This document shows, one piece after another, positions 9,671 to 18,668 of a stretch of DNA of 64,000 nt. A model generated the notes under the pieces. The model had not been told where the DNA came from. It did no database searches and saw only the letters and a list, made by a program, of their open reading frames with translations. The stretch comes from a virus. The stretch spans positions 1 to 64,000 of the IMG/VR virus record IMGVR_UViG_3300045988_161192; one strand, written 5' to 3'. The stretch's first letter is position 1; each line of letters begins with the position of its first letter. The translations under genes were made by a program, and so were the position numbers.

Positions 9671-12600
9671 GTTATACAGTTGAGTGGATTGAACCAATTT
9701 ACAATAGAAGTTATGGTGACATTCAAGCAGTTACAGATGACCCATATTTGGAAAATGCCATTGGTGCTTATAATGCTGTCGACATCAACCGTATTGAGAA
9801 TGACACCCAATATGTGATGGAATATATGTTAGACAGAAGAATTATCAGAAGTGTACCAGAAGGGTTTTCAACTTCTCGTGGATGGGAACATGATGACATT
9901 GTCACCAAAACAGATGTCAGTCGAATTATTGGAAATGTTATAATTCTGATGGAACTTTCAAACCCTGAAATCCAAGGAGATTTGGAACCTCTCTCACCTT
10001 CGGCACAAATCACATATCGTGTGGCAAACGCTATTGAAAAAAATCTAGAAATTATGAAAAATCAACCAGACTTACCTGTCCAAAGGTTTTGGTTGGAATT
10101 AGAACATGGTATAATACAAGAATATAACACTAATGCTGGCTGGATTGCTGAAAATGAAGTAGTCACAATTCGTGGAGTACCTTATGGAGAATACGCCCAA
10201 TTTATGAACTTTACTGGTTGGTCTGGTTCTGCTGAAGATTTACTTTGTTTAGCTAATCCATTAGCTCAGACAACTACTTTGACAATGCCATTTAGAAACG
10301 TCAGCCTAACAGCAACTTTTGAAACTCGAATACCCAGAACCTTGATTTTGAATTCTGGACACATTTGTGAAAGTGGAATTGTTGGTCCAACTGGTCCAAG
10401 CCAGATAACTTGTTATGCTGGAGACAGACTATTGATTGTTGCTGAAGTCGCTGCTTCTGGAAAGGCATTTTGGAATTGGACTGGAACCCAAGAGGCTATA
10501 GACAATCTGACTGGTGGAGAAGAACCTTCTTCTTCTTGGTTAGTTATGCCAGATTGTGATGTTGAACTAACAGCCCATTACATTAACGCTGGAGAACATA
10601 GTGTTACAATCTATCAACCAACTGGAAATGAAGTTAACTGGTACGACTATGATGAGTATGTTTCGATTTATCCTGCTAGTAGAGGAAACAAATGGGTATT
10701 TGATTATTGGAGTGGAAGTACCCAATATTTGGAGGACATACATGACAGTGGGGCTAGCTTTAAAATGCCAGATGTCAATTTGACATTTACTCCACATTAC
10801 AGATACAACTATTCGTATAACACCGTTAGAGTAACTAATGGTACAGTTGATGGACAAACTGAAATCACTGGAGCAATGGAAACTTCTAATCACACCATTA
10901 CAGCTGGTCCAGCACCAGAAGGACAAGGATTTTATAATTGGACTCTAGAAGGAGTTGGTTCTTTTGCTAATCAAGGAGATTCTCCAACAACTTTCACTGT
11001 TGGTGATGGAAATGCTATTTTGACAGCAACCTATAAAAATCTTCACAGACTAACCGTTACAAATTTGGATAATAGTGGAAGTCCAACAATTTATGATGTT
11101 GTAGAAGGAAAAACTAAAACACTTTCTACTAATTCAAGAGTTGGAGATTATAAGTTCAATGGATGGTACGAAGGAGAAACTCGTCTTTCAACTCTAACCA
11201 GTTATACAATAACGATGGGAACTGGAGATAGAACGATAGAGGCCAGATATGATTACACTCCAACTTATACTGTGACTTTGGTTAACCGAAATAACGGTGG
11301 AGCAACTACAACATATTCTGTTTTCTCTGGTGATTATTGGAATTCTTCAACCACAGAAGAAGTCGGAGATTACTTATTCGTTAGATGGTTGAAAGATAAT
11401 TCTCAAGTTAGCACATCACTTTCTTATGGCTTTTATGTTTATGGAGACACTACTATTACAGTTGAATATAGACCAAAAGAAACCTATCATCTGACTGTCA
11501 ACAATGGTTCTGGCTCGGGAGATTATAAAGAAAGACAATCTGTTACGATTACTGCTGATGAGGGAGATTTTTCTGACTGGTCATATTCTGGACTATACAA
11601 CATTGGTTCAACAACAAGTCGAACAACAACTGTAAAATTGGGAAGAGGAGATGGAACTGTTACAGCAAATTATAATTTGAGAAGCATCCAAGTCATAACG
11701 AATTCTGGTACAAACAATTATAGCATTAGACAAGGTAATACCCAAAACATTAACGCCAACCCAGCACCAAGTACTTATGAATTCGACCAATGGGAAGTCG
11801 TTTCTGGAGATGCCACATTTGGAAATTATCTATCAGCTTCAACATACGTTAGGGCTGGTTCAGAAAACTCAGTAGTTAGAGCAACATATAAACCAATCCC
11901 ATATTTTACTATCACGGTCCAAAATGGTTATGTCCAAGATGGTCAGAATTGGGTAACATCTGGAACGTTCCTTAGAAATTCGAATGTCCCAATAAAGATG
12001 ATAGAAGCTCCAGAAGGTTATCAATTCTTGCAATGGGAAATTTTACAAGGAAATCAAAATGCTGTCTACCAACCAAGAGCTGAAACAACTTATGTCCAAA
12101 ATTTATTGGAAAATGTTATTGTTAGAGCAACATATTATATTCCAGACCCAGAAATTCAATACACTTTGACTATCACTCGAAAAGATGGCTCAGTCGAAAC
12201 TAGTCAACATTCAGTTGGTGAGAGAGTAACGATTTATGCTGATTTCCCAGACGAAGGTTATGAATTTAGGAGATGGACTGGAGATACACAATATGTCAAC
12301 GACAGATACAGTGAAACGGCCATTGTCAATATGCCAGCAAGAAATATCGAATTAGCTATGCAATATAAGCAAGAGGGAGCTACTGAAAAATTCCACGTTG
12401 TTTTGAGAAATGGAGAATTATTAGTTAGTAGTGAGGAAGACCCAGAGACACATGAAACCATCGAGACTTGGTCAGACAATGGTGAATTCGAAGAAGGTTC
12501 AGTTGTTCCAATCAGAGCAATCAATATTCCACACGGTTATTCTTTCTATCGATGGTGGAACCCTGATGACGATGGAAAATCGATGAGCACAGTCACTGAA

Positions 12601-13386
12601 TTAGAAAATCCTAACACTACATTAACAGTAGAGGATTTTGACATCACCTTGGAAAGAGCAATTTCTGAGAATGACAAATACACTTTGACATTGAGGGATG
12701 GACAACGTGGTGGAACATACTATGAAAACGACGAAGTTCCTCTATATTTCTCAAAAACTGACACAGACACAATTCATTATAATTGGAAAAGATGGATGGG
12801 TCCAGATATTAACTGGGCAATTGCCAATCTGAGAGTTAAAACTCAATCTGGAACTAAAGCTTTTGACCCATTTGACGATGGAGACTATGGAGACGATGCT
12901 CAGATAATTTTAATGCCAACTAGACATTTGGAATTGTGGGCGACTTATGATGAAGCTTATAGATTAAGACTAATCAATGGTACTGCTGATGGAAGTTCAG
13001 AAGTTTTCAATCCCGAAGACACTGAAATCACAATCGTTGCTAACCCAGCACCACAAGGAAAGGTCTTTTGGAAGTGGTCTGGTGATACAGACTATGTCGA
13101 AGCCATCTTTGATAGCACAACTAAAGTTTATATGCCAGCAACACCAATTAACCTAACTGCTCTTTATGAGGATGCTTCAGACCCAAGTGACATTGGTTAC
13201 ACTTCAGAAGATTTATATGGTGAAACACAAGTCGATACTTCTGACATAACCGTAATTTCTGGAACTATTGGATTTGGATTTATCTTAACAGATGTCAAAG
13301 GTCACATGTATATGGTCAGTGAGTTGGTTGACCAAACAGCAACTATTGTTAGACTAACTCAAAAACAATCTGGAGGTGATGTATAA
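9667..13386 (+). CDS. tail-associated / receptor-binding protein with about 11 Listeria-Bacteroides (Flg_new-like) repeats
   Basis: ATG at 9667 after GGAGGTG; 1239 aa; reiterated ~85-aa modules each carrying a GYxFxxW-type motif (YKFNGWYEG, YEFDQWEV, YQFLQWEI, YEFRRWTG, YSFYRWWN, VFWKWSG). Confidence 0.55.
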   Translation: MSYTVEWIEPIYNRSYGDIQAVTDDPYLENAIGAYNAVDINRIENDTQYVMEYMLDRRIIRSVPEGFSTSRGWEHDDIVTKTDVSRIIGNVIILMELSNPEIQGDLEPLSPSAQITYRVANAIEKNLEIMKNQPDLPVQRFWLELEHGIIQEYNTNAGWIAENEVVTIRGVPYGEYAQFMNFTGWSGSAEDLLCLANPLAQTTTLTMPFRNVSLTATFETRIPRTLILNSGHICESGIVGPTGPSQITCYAGDRLLIVAEVAASGKAFWNWTGTQEAIDNLTGGEEPSSSWLVMPDCDVELTAHYINAGEHSVTIYQPTGNEVNWYDYDEYVSIYPASRGNKWVFDYWSGSTQYLEDIHDSGASFKMPDVNLTFTPHYRYNYSYNTVRVTNGTVDGQTEITGAMETSNHTITAGPAPEGQGFYNWTLEGVGSFANQGDSPTTFTVGDGNAILTATYKNLHRLTVTNLDNSGSPTIYDVVEGKTKTLSTNSRVGDYKFNGWYEGETRLSTLTSYTITMGTGDRTIEARYDYTPTYTVTLVNRNNGGATTTYSVFSGDYWNSSTTEEVGDYLFVRWLKDNSQVSTSLSYGFYVYGDTTITVEYRPKETYHLTVNNGSGSGDYKERQSVTITADEGDFSDWSYSGLYNIGSTTSRTTTVKLGRGDGTVTANYNLRSIQVITNSGTNNYSIRQGNTQNINANPAPSTYEFDQWEVVSGDATFGNYLSASTYVRAGSENSVVRATYKPIPYFTITVQNGYVQDGQNWVTSGTFLRNSNVPIKMIEAPEGYQFLQWEILQGNQNAVYQPRAETTYVQNLLENVIVRATYYIPDPEIQYTLTITRKDGSVETSQHSVGERVTIYADFPDEGYEFRRWTGDTQYVNDRYSETAIVNMPARNIELAMQYKQEGATEKFHVVLRNGELLVSSEEDPETHETIETWSDNGEFEEGSVVPIRAINIPHGYSFYRWWNPDDDGKSMSTVTELENPNTTLTVEDFDITLERAISENDKYTLTLRDGQRGGTYYENDEVPLYFSKTDTDTIHYNWKRWMGPDINWAIANLRVKTQSGTKAFDPFDDGDYGDDAQIILMPTRHLELWATYDEAYRLRLINGTADGSSEVFNPEDTEITIVANPAPQGKVFWKWSGDTDYVEAIFDSTTKVYMPATPINLTALYEDASDPSDIGYTSEDLYGETQVDTSDITVISGTIGFGFILTDVKGHMYMVSELVDQTATIVRLTQKQSGGDV

Positions 13387-13652
13387 TGGCAAATAATGTC
13401 GGAGTAACAACCCAAACTTTTAACAGAACTATTGGAGGTACAACTTCTATCACAGACCCACTTAATCAAGGTCTTATAACGATGATGGCCGGACAATTGG
13501 GAGTGGGAGCAATGATATTTGATGGAAATGGAACAATGGGAATATGTACTGCATTTGCTTTAGACGAAAATCAGAGATACTCTTACTCGTTTAGAACATC
13601 AAGTCTAAACACAGAAATTGATATACAAACACTTTTAGGTCGAAGCTATTAA
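13386..13652 (+). CDS. small Gly/Thr-rich protein, possibly tail-associated
   Basis: 88 aa; ATG overlaps the stop of the receptor-binding protein gene. Confidence 0.3.
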   Translation: MANNVGVTTQTFNRTIGGTTSITDPLNQGLITMMAGQLGVGAMIFDGNGTMGICTAFALDENQRYSYSFRTSSLNTEIDIQTLLGRSY

Positions 13653-13678
13653 GCTTTGGCCTAATCTCTCACATTCTG

Positions 13679-13707
13679 TTTACATTTCACAGAAAATGTG
13701 ATATAAT
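13679..13707 (+). promoter_or_regulatory. promoter CTGTTTACA-17-TGtgaTATAAT (family copy)
   Basis: TTTACA at 13679-13684, 17-nt spacer, extended -10 TGTGATATAAT ending at 13707. Confidence 0.5.
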
Positions 13708-13731
13708 ATTATTATGAAAGGAGACCTAATT

Positions 13732-15351
13732 ATGGCAAAGGAAGACGAAGATGGAGTTTGGAGAACCGTTAGTGGTCGTAGAATTTTCATAAGTAATGGC
13801 GAAAGCTTAATCGAAGCAATGAAAAAATCGGGAAAATTCAAAAAGAAAATGCATGGACCTAATGACCCAAAAATCAAAAAAGCAAATAAGCCTTATGAAA
13901 AAGAAGATGCCAAAAGAGCAAAACAATATGAAAGAGACCAAGAATTAAGAAAAACTATTCAGAATAAAAAAGAACTAAGAAAAAGACTAGAGCAAATGAA
14001 AAAGAGTGGAAAATTCAAAGATGTTCTTGGTGAACCAAGAGATACGAAATTTGGTGACAAAAAAATTAGAAACGACAAAGAATTTGAAACAACCAGAGAT
14101 GCTATGAATGCTATCGCTAAACAACTCAATGAGACTAAGGACCCAAAACAAAAAGCCACATTGGAAAGAGTTTTAAAGAATTATACTAAAAATCTAAAAG
14201 AATATCAACAGAAGTCAAAGGAAGCTTTCAAAAAGAAATACAGTGAAAGTTTTGACAATTGGAAAAAAGCTAACCCTCAAGCTACAGACGATGAGATTAT
14301 TGGAATTCTTAAAGCTAAACAATATAATGGAGAATTGGGTGGGAACACCAAAAATACTATTCCGAACCGTTTCAAGGATGGCTTCAAAATCCAAAACAGC
14401 AAATACTCTGACGAAAACAAAATGACTTTAGTTGAAGATGGTTCTGGAGTTAGACTAATCTATGATGGAAAAGACACTGGAACAGTTTTGAGAAATGATT
14501 TGTCAGACAGTGAAATCAGTTCACTTAGAAATGCTGGAAAGATACAAAATATGTCTGAGTATTTGGGTGAAAAATATTCTCTAAACGACAAGCAATTGAG
14601 AACATTACACAACCATTTGGAAGCCAACATCAAAACTTGGAGAGAACAAGGAATGAGTAATCAACAAATTTTAGACATGGTCAGTGATAGACAAGAAATC
14701 GCTGGAGACGATGGTCTTTATAATTTGAAAGGAATTGACATGAACAGCAAAAAGACTGAGGTCCTTAACGAATATCAGAGTTACATCCAAAACAAAATCA
14801 GCACTAAGACCAAGAAGGACTATGACGCTGGTCTTGAGAAAATCAACAAAATCTCAACCGATGGAACTTATGATTTAGAAACTGGTTCTAGCAAAGACTA
14901 TTCTGATGGCTACCAAGTTACTTTCTCGATGACAGATATGGATTTTGACGATAAGACTTATCAAGACTTAGTCGAAAAATTCAAAACACATGACCACGGT
15001 ACAGTAGATGCTGGGAAATATGAAGGCTATCCTGAGATTAGTTTTAACGTTACAGATTTAAAGACAGCTGCTAAGTTAGCAACAAAATATAATCAGATTA
15101 GTATTTGGGATTGGAAGAATGGAAAGATTATTCCAACCAAAGGAACTGGAGCTTATGCTGATTATAAACCAGTTACAACTCAAGATATTTCAAAATCAGT
15201 AGCAAGAACTCGAGGTCTTCAAAACCGAATTCTAAACTATGAAGACGAAATCAAAACTCTCAAGAGAAAGAGTAGCCTGACCTTTATGGATAAACAAAAA
15301 CTTATGAAACTCCAAAGGGAAAAAGAGAAGTTGGAAAATCAACTAAAATAG
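13732..15351 (+). CDS. lysine-rich protein sharing an N-terminal ~35-aa module with the ADP-ribosyltransferase protein (candidate virion internal/ejected protein)
   Basis: RBS AAAGGAG then ATG at 13732; N-terminus EDGVWRTVSGRRIFISNGESLIEAMKKSGKF matches the 50505 ORF (EDGVWRTVKGRRIFIRNGEDLETAMRNSGKF); the rest is highly charged. Confidence 0.5.
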   Translation: MAKEDEDGVWRTVSGRRIFISNGESLIEAMKKSGKFKKKMHGPNDPKIKKANKPYEKEDAKRAKQYERDQELRKTIQNKKELRKRLEQMKKSGKFKDVLGEPRDTKFGDKKIRNDKEFETTRDAMNAIAKQLNETKDPKQKATLERVLKNYTKNLKEYQQKSKEAFKKKYSESFDNWKKANPQATDDEIIGILKAKQYNGELGGNTKNTIPNRFKDGFKIQNSKYSDENKMTLVEDGSGVRLIYDGKDTGTVLRNDLSDSEISSLRNAGKIQNMSEYLGEKYSLNDKQLRTLHNHLEANIKTWREQGMSNQQILDMVSDRQEIAGDDGLYNLKGIDMNSKKTEVLNEYQSYIQNKISTKTKKDYDAGLEKINKISTDGTYDLETGSSKDYSDGYQVTFSMTDMDFDDKTYQDLVEKFKTHDHGTVDAGKYEGYPEISFNVTDLKTAAKLATKYNQISIWDWKNGKIIPTKGTGAYADYKPVTTQDISKSVARTRGLQNRILNYEDEIKTLKRKSSLTFMDKQKLMKLQREKEKLENQLK

Positions 15352-15366
15352 AAAGGAGAAAGTAAA

Positions 15367-15564
15367 ATGGGAAAAGTTATAATGGACGATGTCGATATTA
15401 TCAACATAGCTCAATTATGGGCAACAGTTGCAACAGATGACCCAGACCAAAAGAAAATAATGGCTCGTATGAGTGATAGGGCTGTAGATTGGTATATTCA
15501 CAACTTGGTTCCAACTGTGGGTCGACCAAAAGTGAAAGCTCAGTTTGAAGAACTTAGAAAATAA
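15367..15564 (+). CDS. hypothetical protein
   Basis: 65 aa; RBS AAAGGAGAAAG. Confidence 0.35.
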   Translation: MGKVIMDDVDIINIAQLWATVATDDPDQKKIMARMSDRAVDWYIHNLVPTVGRPKVKAQFEELRK

Positions 15565-15577
15565 TTTCAAAATAATT

Positions 15578-15602
15578 GGAAGTAATTCATTTACTTCCTT
15601 TT
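15578..15602 (+). terminator. rho-independent terminator
   Basis: perfect hairpin GGAAGTAA-ttca-TTTACTTCC followed by TTTT. Confidence 0.5.
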
Positions 15603-15618
15603 AATTTAGTGATATAAT
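15590..15618 (+). promoter_or_regulatory. promoter TTTACT-17-TATAAT overlapping the 3' arm of the terminator
   Basis: TTTACT 15590-15595, 17-nt spacer ending in TGA, TATAAT 15613-15618. Confidence 0.45.
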
Positions 15619-15675
15619 GAAATTGTAAAATAAAATCTAAGGAGAAAGAGATTTGTAGAAAGGAGACTTTGGACT

Positions 15676-15966
15676 ATGGAGAATTGGATTAGTTCTTTAT
15701 TCACTGTAATCGGCAGTGGAGCAATTGGAGCTATCATCACAGCAATCGCCACCAAGAGAAAGTCAGATGCAGAAGCACAACATACTAATGTTCAGTCCCT
15801 ATTGGACGTAGATACAAGGCTCAATGAACGAATCTCCAAGTTGGAAGAGAGAGTTGCAATTTTAGAGGCCGAGAACATAAAGTTGAAAGAAGAAAATATT
15901 GTGTTGAAACATCAGCTGGGACAACTTGAGGAAAACGAGATTAGAAAAAAACCAGCGTTAAAATAG
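15676..15966 (+). CDS. small membrane protein with N-terminal TM helix and leucine-zipper-like coiled coil
   Basis: 96 aa; hydrophobic residues 5-25 then a heptad-repeat segment; RBS AAAGGAG. Confidence 0.4.
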   Translation: MENWISSLFTVIGSGAIGAIITAIATKRKSDAEAQHTNVQSLLDVDTRLNERISKLEERVAILEAENIKLKEENIVLKHQLGQLEENEIRKKPALK

Positions 15967-16237
15967 AATTCCATTTATTGCTCCTCCAGAATTTCGAGAA
16001 TTTGGTCAACGTGTTGGCTGAATTCTCATTTTTAAGGAAATTTTGAAGAGTTTTGAAAAATTCGAGGCCTCAGAATCAATTTTAAGGCATTTTTATTTTG
16101 CCTCCCTTATAATTTATCATTTGTAACATAAAAATTAAAATAGGGAGCAAATCAGATGAATTAGGAACATGTGGCCATATTTTGCTAATTTATTGACCTA
16201 AAATATTATAAAATTTGAACAAAATGTCTAGAAACTG

Positions 16238-16266
16238 TTTACTTTTTTCTCAAAATGTGGTATAAT
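16238..16266 (+). promoter_or_regulatory. promoter aaaCTGTTTACT-17-TGgTATAAT (family copy)
   Basis: TTTACT 16238-16243, 17-nt spacer, TATAAT 16261-16266 with upstream TG. Confidence 0.5.
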
Positions 16267-16285
16267 GATAAAAATAGGATAGGAA

Positions 16286-16639
16286 GTGATGGAGATGGAA
16301 AAATATAGAGAAAGAATTGAAGACATCAAGAGAAAAGCTGAGTATGAGGCTATAAGAGAAATTGCATATAAAAACATCGTTAGTGATACCAAAAAACATT
16401 TGGAAGCTGTCAAACAAAATGAAATCATAATTGCTCAAAACCAAAAAGTCCAAAAAATTAGAATTTCTCTAATCATTGGTTCAATCTTGGGAATTATTTT
16501 ACTAAACATTCTAATTCCAGACTTGATTGCAAAAAGTTTAGCTTTTGGACTAATTCTTGCAATGGTTTTCTTTCTACCTCTAACAATCTGTATTCTCTTC
16601 AAAGTCGATGACCTATTTTGGAAAATATTTATTGATTAG
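16286..16639 (+). CDS. membrane protein (two C-terminal TM helices)
   Basis: 117 aa; charged N-terminus and hydrophobic C-terminal half. Confidence 0.4.
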   Translation: MMEMEKYRERIEDIKRKAEYEAIREIAYKNIVSDTKKHLEAVKQNEIIIAQNQKVQKIRISLIIGSILGIILLNILIPDLIAKSLAFGLILAMVFFLPLTICILFKVDDLFWKIFID

Positions 16640-16655
16640 AAAGGAGAAATCTAAA

Positions 16656-16907
16656 ATGCAAGTTACTTTAGCAAATGGAAAAAAGTATGAAGTCTACAAA
16701 GTACAAAGGGCACTGTTCAGTTCAGATGGGACAACTCCATATTTGATGTACAATGAAGCTCGAGACGAACATTTAGAGACAGCCGACCCAAGACTATGTC
16801 AAGAGCTTTATAAATTGTGCAAAAAACCAAAATTCTTTGTAGCAGGAAAATTAGAGAAAGGCTTAATTCGAATAGAGCAAGTCTTGAAAGGAGAGGACTG
16901 GTTTTAA
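16656..16907 (+). CDS. hypothetical protein
   Basis: ATG at 16656 after AAAGGAGAAA; its stop overlaps the helicase start (TAATG). Confidence 0.35.
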   Translation: MQVTLANGKKYEVYKVQRALFSSDGTTPYLMYNEARDEHLETADPRLCQELYKLCKKPKFFVAGKLEKGLIRIEQVLKGEDWF

Positions 16908-18205
16908 TGACAAATACACCTTATGATTACCAAGAACAGATTGCTCAGAAAATTGTTACTTCTGGAGACATTTCAGTTGCTCTGTTTATGGACATGGGAA
17001 CTGGAAAAACGATTACAAGTTTAAGAGTTTTCGAATTATTGCATGAGCAAGATAAAGCCAACAAAATTTTAGTGGTATGTCTAAAGAACAAGATTGAGGA
17101 CTGGCAAAAAGAGATTGACATGGAATTCGAGAATAAGGACTTTGACTATGAAGTTATAAACTTCGAAAGTATTTGGAGACCAAAAAGAGCTGACTTTTAT
17201 AAAAACTATGTTGATGAGAAAACTCTAATCATTGTTGACGAAAGTCATAAGATAAAATCACACAAGACAAAAATTACAAAATTTATGTTAAGCTTGTACC
17301 ATCAGACAAAATTGAAATTGATACTTACAGGTACCCCACAATCTGAGGAGTACATTGATTATTACCCACAAATGAAATTTATCAATGCTCCAGACTATGA
17401 TTTGACTTACAAAAAATTTGACCAGACTTACTTAATCAAAAGTTTAGAGATGCAAGGTGGTCATTATTATTTTACAATTTTGGACTATCGACACAAGGAT
17501 GTTCTCAGAAAAGGAATTATGGACAAGGCATACTATCACAAATACTCAAGTGAGTATGACAAACCAATAGAAATCTTTGTTGACATCGAACATTCTCGTG
17601 AAGCCAAGAAATTCCAAAAAGACAGAGTTTGGAAAGACCCAGACACAGACCGAGGCAATGATGTTATCGCTGACAACCAATTAGGTCTTAGAACTTATAT
17701 GAGACAAAGTTGTTCTGGATTTATCAGAGACTTTGACATTGAAAGTCCTAAGGAAGATTGGCTAGAAGATTTTCTTGAAATCACTCCTTATAGGATTGTT
17801 ATATTTGCTAACTTCATAAGAGAAATTGAAAAAATTAAAACCATTTGTAGAAAAATGAACCGACCGGTTGGAGTATATTATGGAGCTGAAAAAGATTTAG
17901 CACCTTTCAAAGAAAATGAAAATGGTATAGCTATAGTAAATTACAAATCTGGAGCAGTTGGAATAAATGACTTATGTATTGCTAATATTGGAATATTTTA
18001 TAGCCCTCCCGATGGAGACTTCATATTATATGCACAAGCCAAAGCCAGATTGGACCGAATTGGTCAAACAAAACAACCAGTGTTTTATTTTCTTAATACT
18101 AAGGGTTCAGTCGAAAAACCAATTTACGACAATCTTAAAAAGGGTCAGGATTTCGACGATAAGATGTTTGCTGAGTGGTTGTTAACTCAGTCAAAAAAAG
18201 TTTAA
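16907..18205 (+). CDS. SNF2/DEAD-like superfamily-2 helicase
   Basis: Q-motif YDYQEQ, Walker A MGTGKT, DESH box (VDESHKIK), helicase C-terminal motifs; ATG at 16907 after GGAGAGGA. Confidence 0.6.
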   Translation: MTNTPYDYQEQIAQKIVTSGDISVALFMDMGTGKTITSLRVFELLHEQDKANKILVVCLKNKIEDWQKEIDMEFENKDFDYEVINFESIWRPKRADFYKNYVDEKTLIIVDESHKIKSHKTKITKFMLSLYHQTKLKLILTGTPQSEEYIDYYPQMKFINAPDYDLTYKKFDQTYLIKSLEMQGGHYYFTILDYRHKDVLRKGIMDKAYYHKYSSEYDKPIEIFVDIEHSREAKKFQKDRVWKDPDTDRGNDVIADNQLGLRTYMRQSCSGFIRDFDIESPKEDWLEDFLEITPYRIVIFANFIREIEKIKTICRKMNRPVGVYYGAEKDLAPFKENENGIAIVNYKSGAVGINDLCIANIGIFYSPPDGDFILYAQAKARLDRIGQTKQPVFYFLNTKGSVEKPIYDNLKKGQDFDDKMFAEWLLTQSKKV

Positions 18206-18223
18206 AATTACTCTTACAAACTG

Positions 18224-18252
18224 TTTACATTTATAAGCAGTTGTGATATTAT
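18224..18252 (+). promoter_or_regulatory. promoter aaaCTGTTTACA-17-TGtgaTATTAT (family copy)
   Basis: TTTACA 18224-18229, 17-nt spacer, TATTAT 18247-18252 with upstream TGTG. Confidence 0.45.
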
Positions 18253-18426
18253 AATAGCATAAATGAGTAATCATTCTAAACTACCTCGAAGAAGGAGAAA
18301 TGTAATGATAGTAGAAAATCAAAAATCAAGAAAAACAAAATTGAATAGTCGAAAATTAAAGCTAAACCATCTCGAGAGATAGCGAGTAAGTTTAGCTTTT
18401 CTCGACAGTGAAAGGGGCTGGTATAT

Positions 18427-18657
18427 TTGAAAAGACCGGTTGAACCACCAGAATTACCAGAAGGTATAACTTATAAAATCGAAAGAGTATTATTCCACGA
18501 TGCTGGAACCTATTGGGAAGAATGCTATGTCTGGGTGATAGACCATAAAGTATATTGCCGAAAAACTGGACTGGGTCGCATTTCAATGGAAGGTTGGGAG
18601 AATGATAAAATTACAGCAGATAAAAGATTTAGACCTAAAAAGAAAATTGTTAGATAG
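18427..18657 (+). CDS. hypothetical protein (TTG start)
   Basis: 76 aa; weak RBS GAAAGGGG. Confidence 0.3.
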   Translation: MKRPVEPPELPEGITYKIERVLFHDAGTYWEECYVWVIDHKVYCRKTGLGRISMEGWENDKITADKRFRPKKKIVR

Positions 18658-18668
18658 GAGATGGAAAC

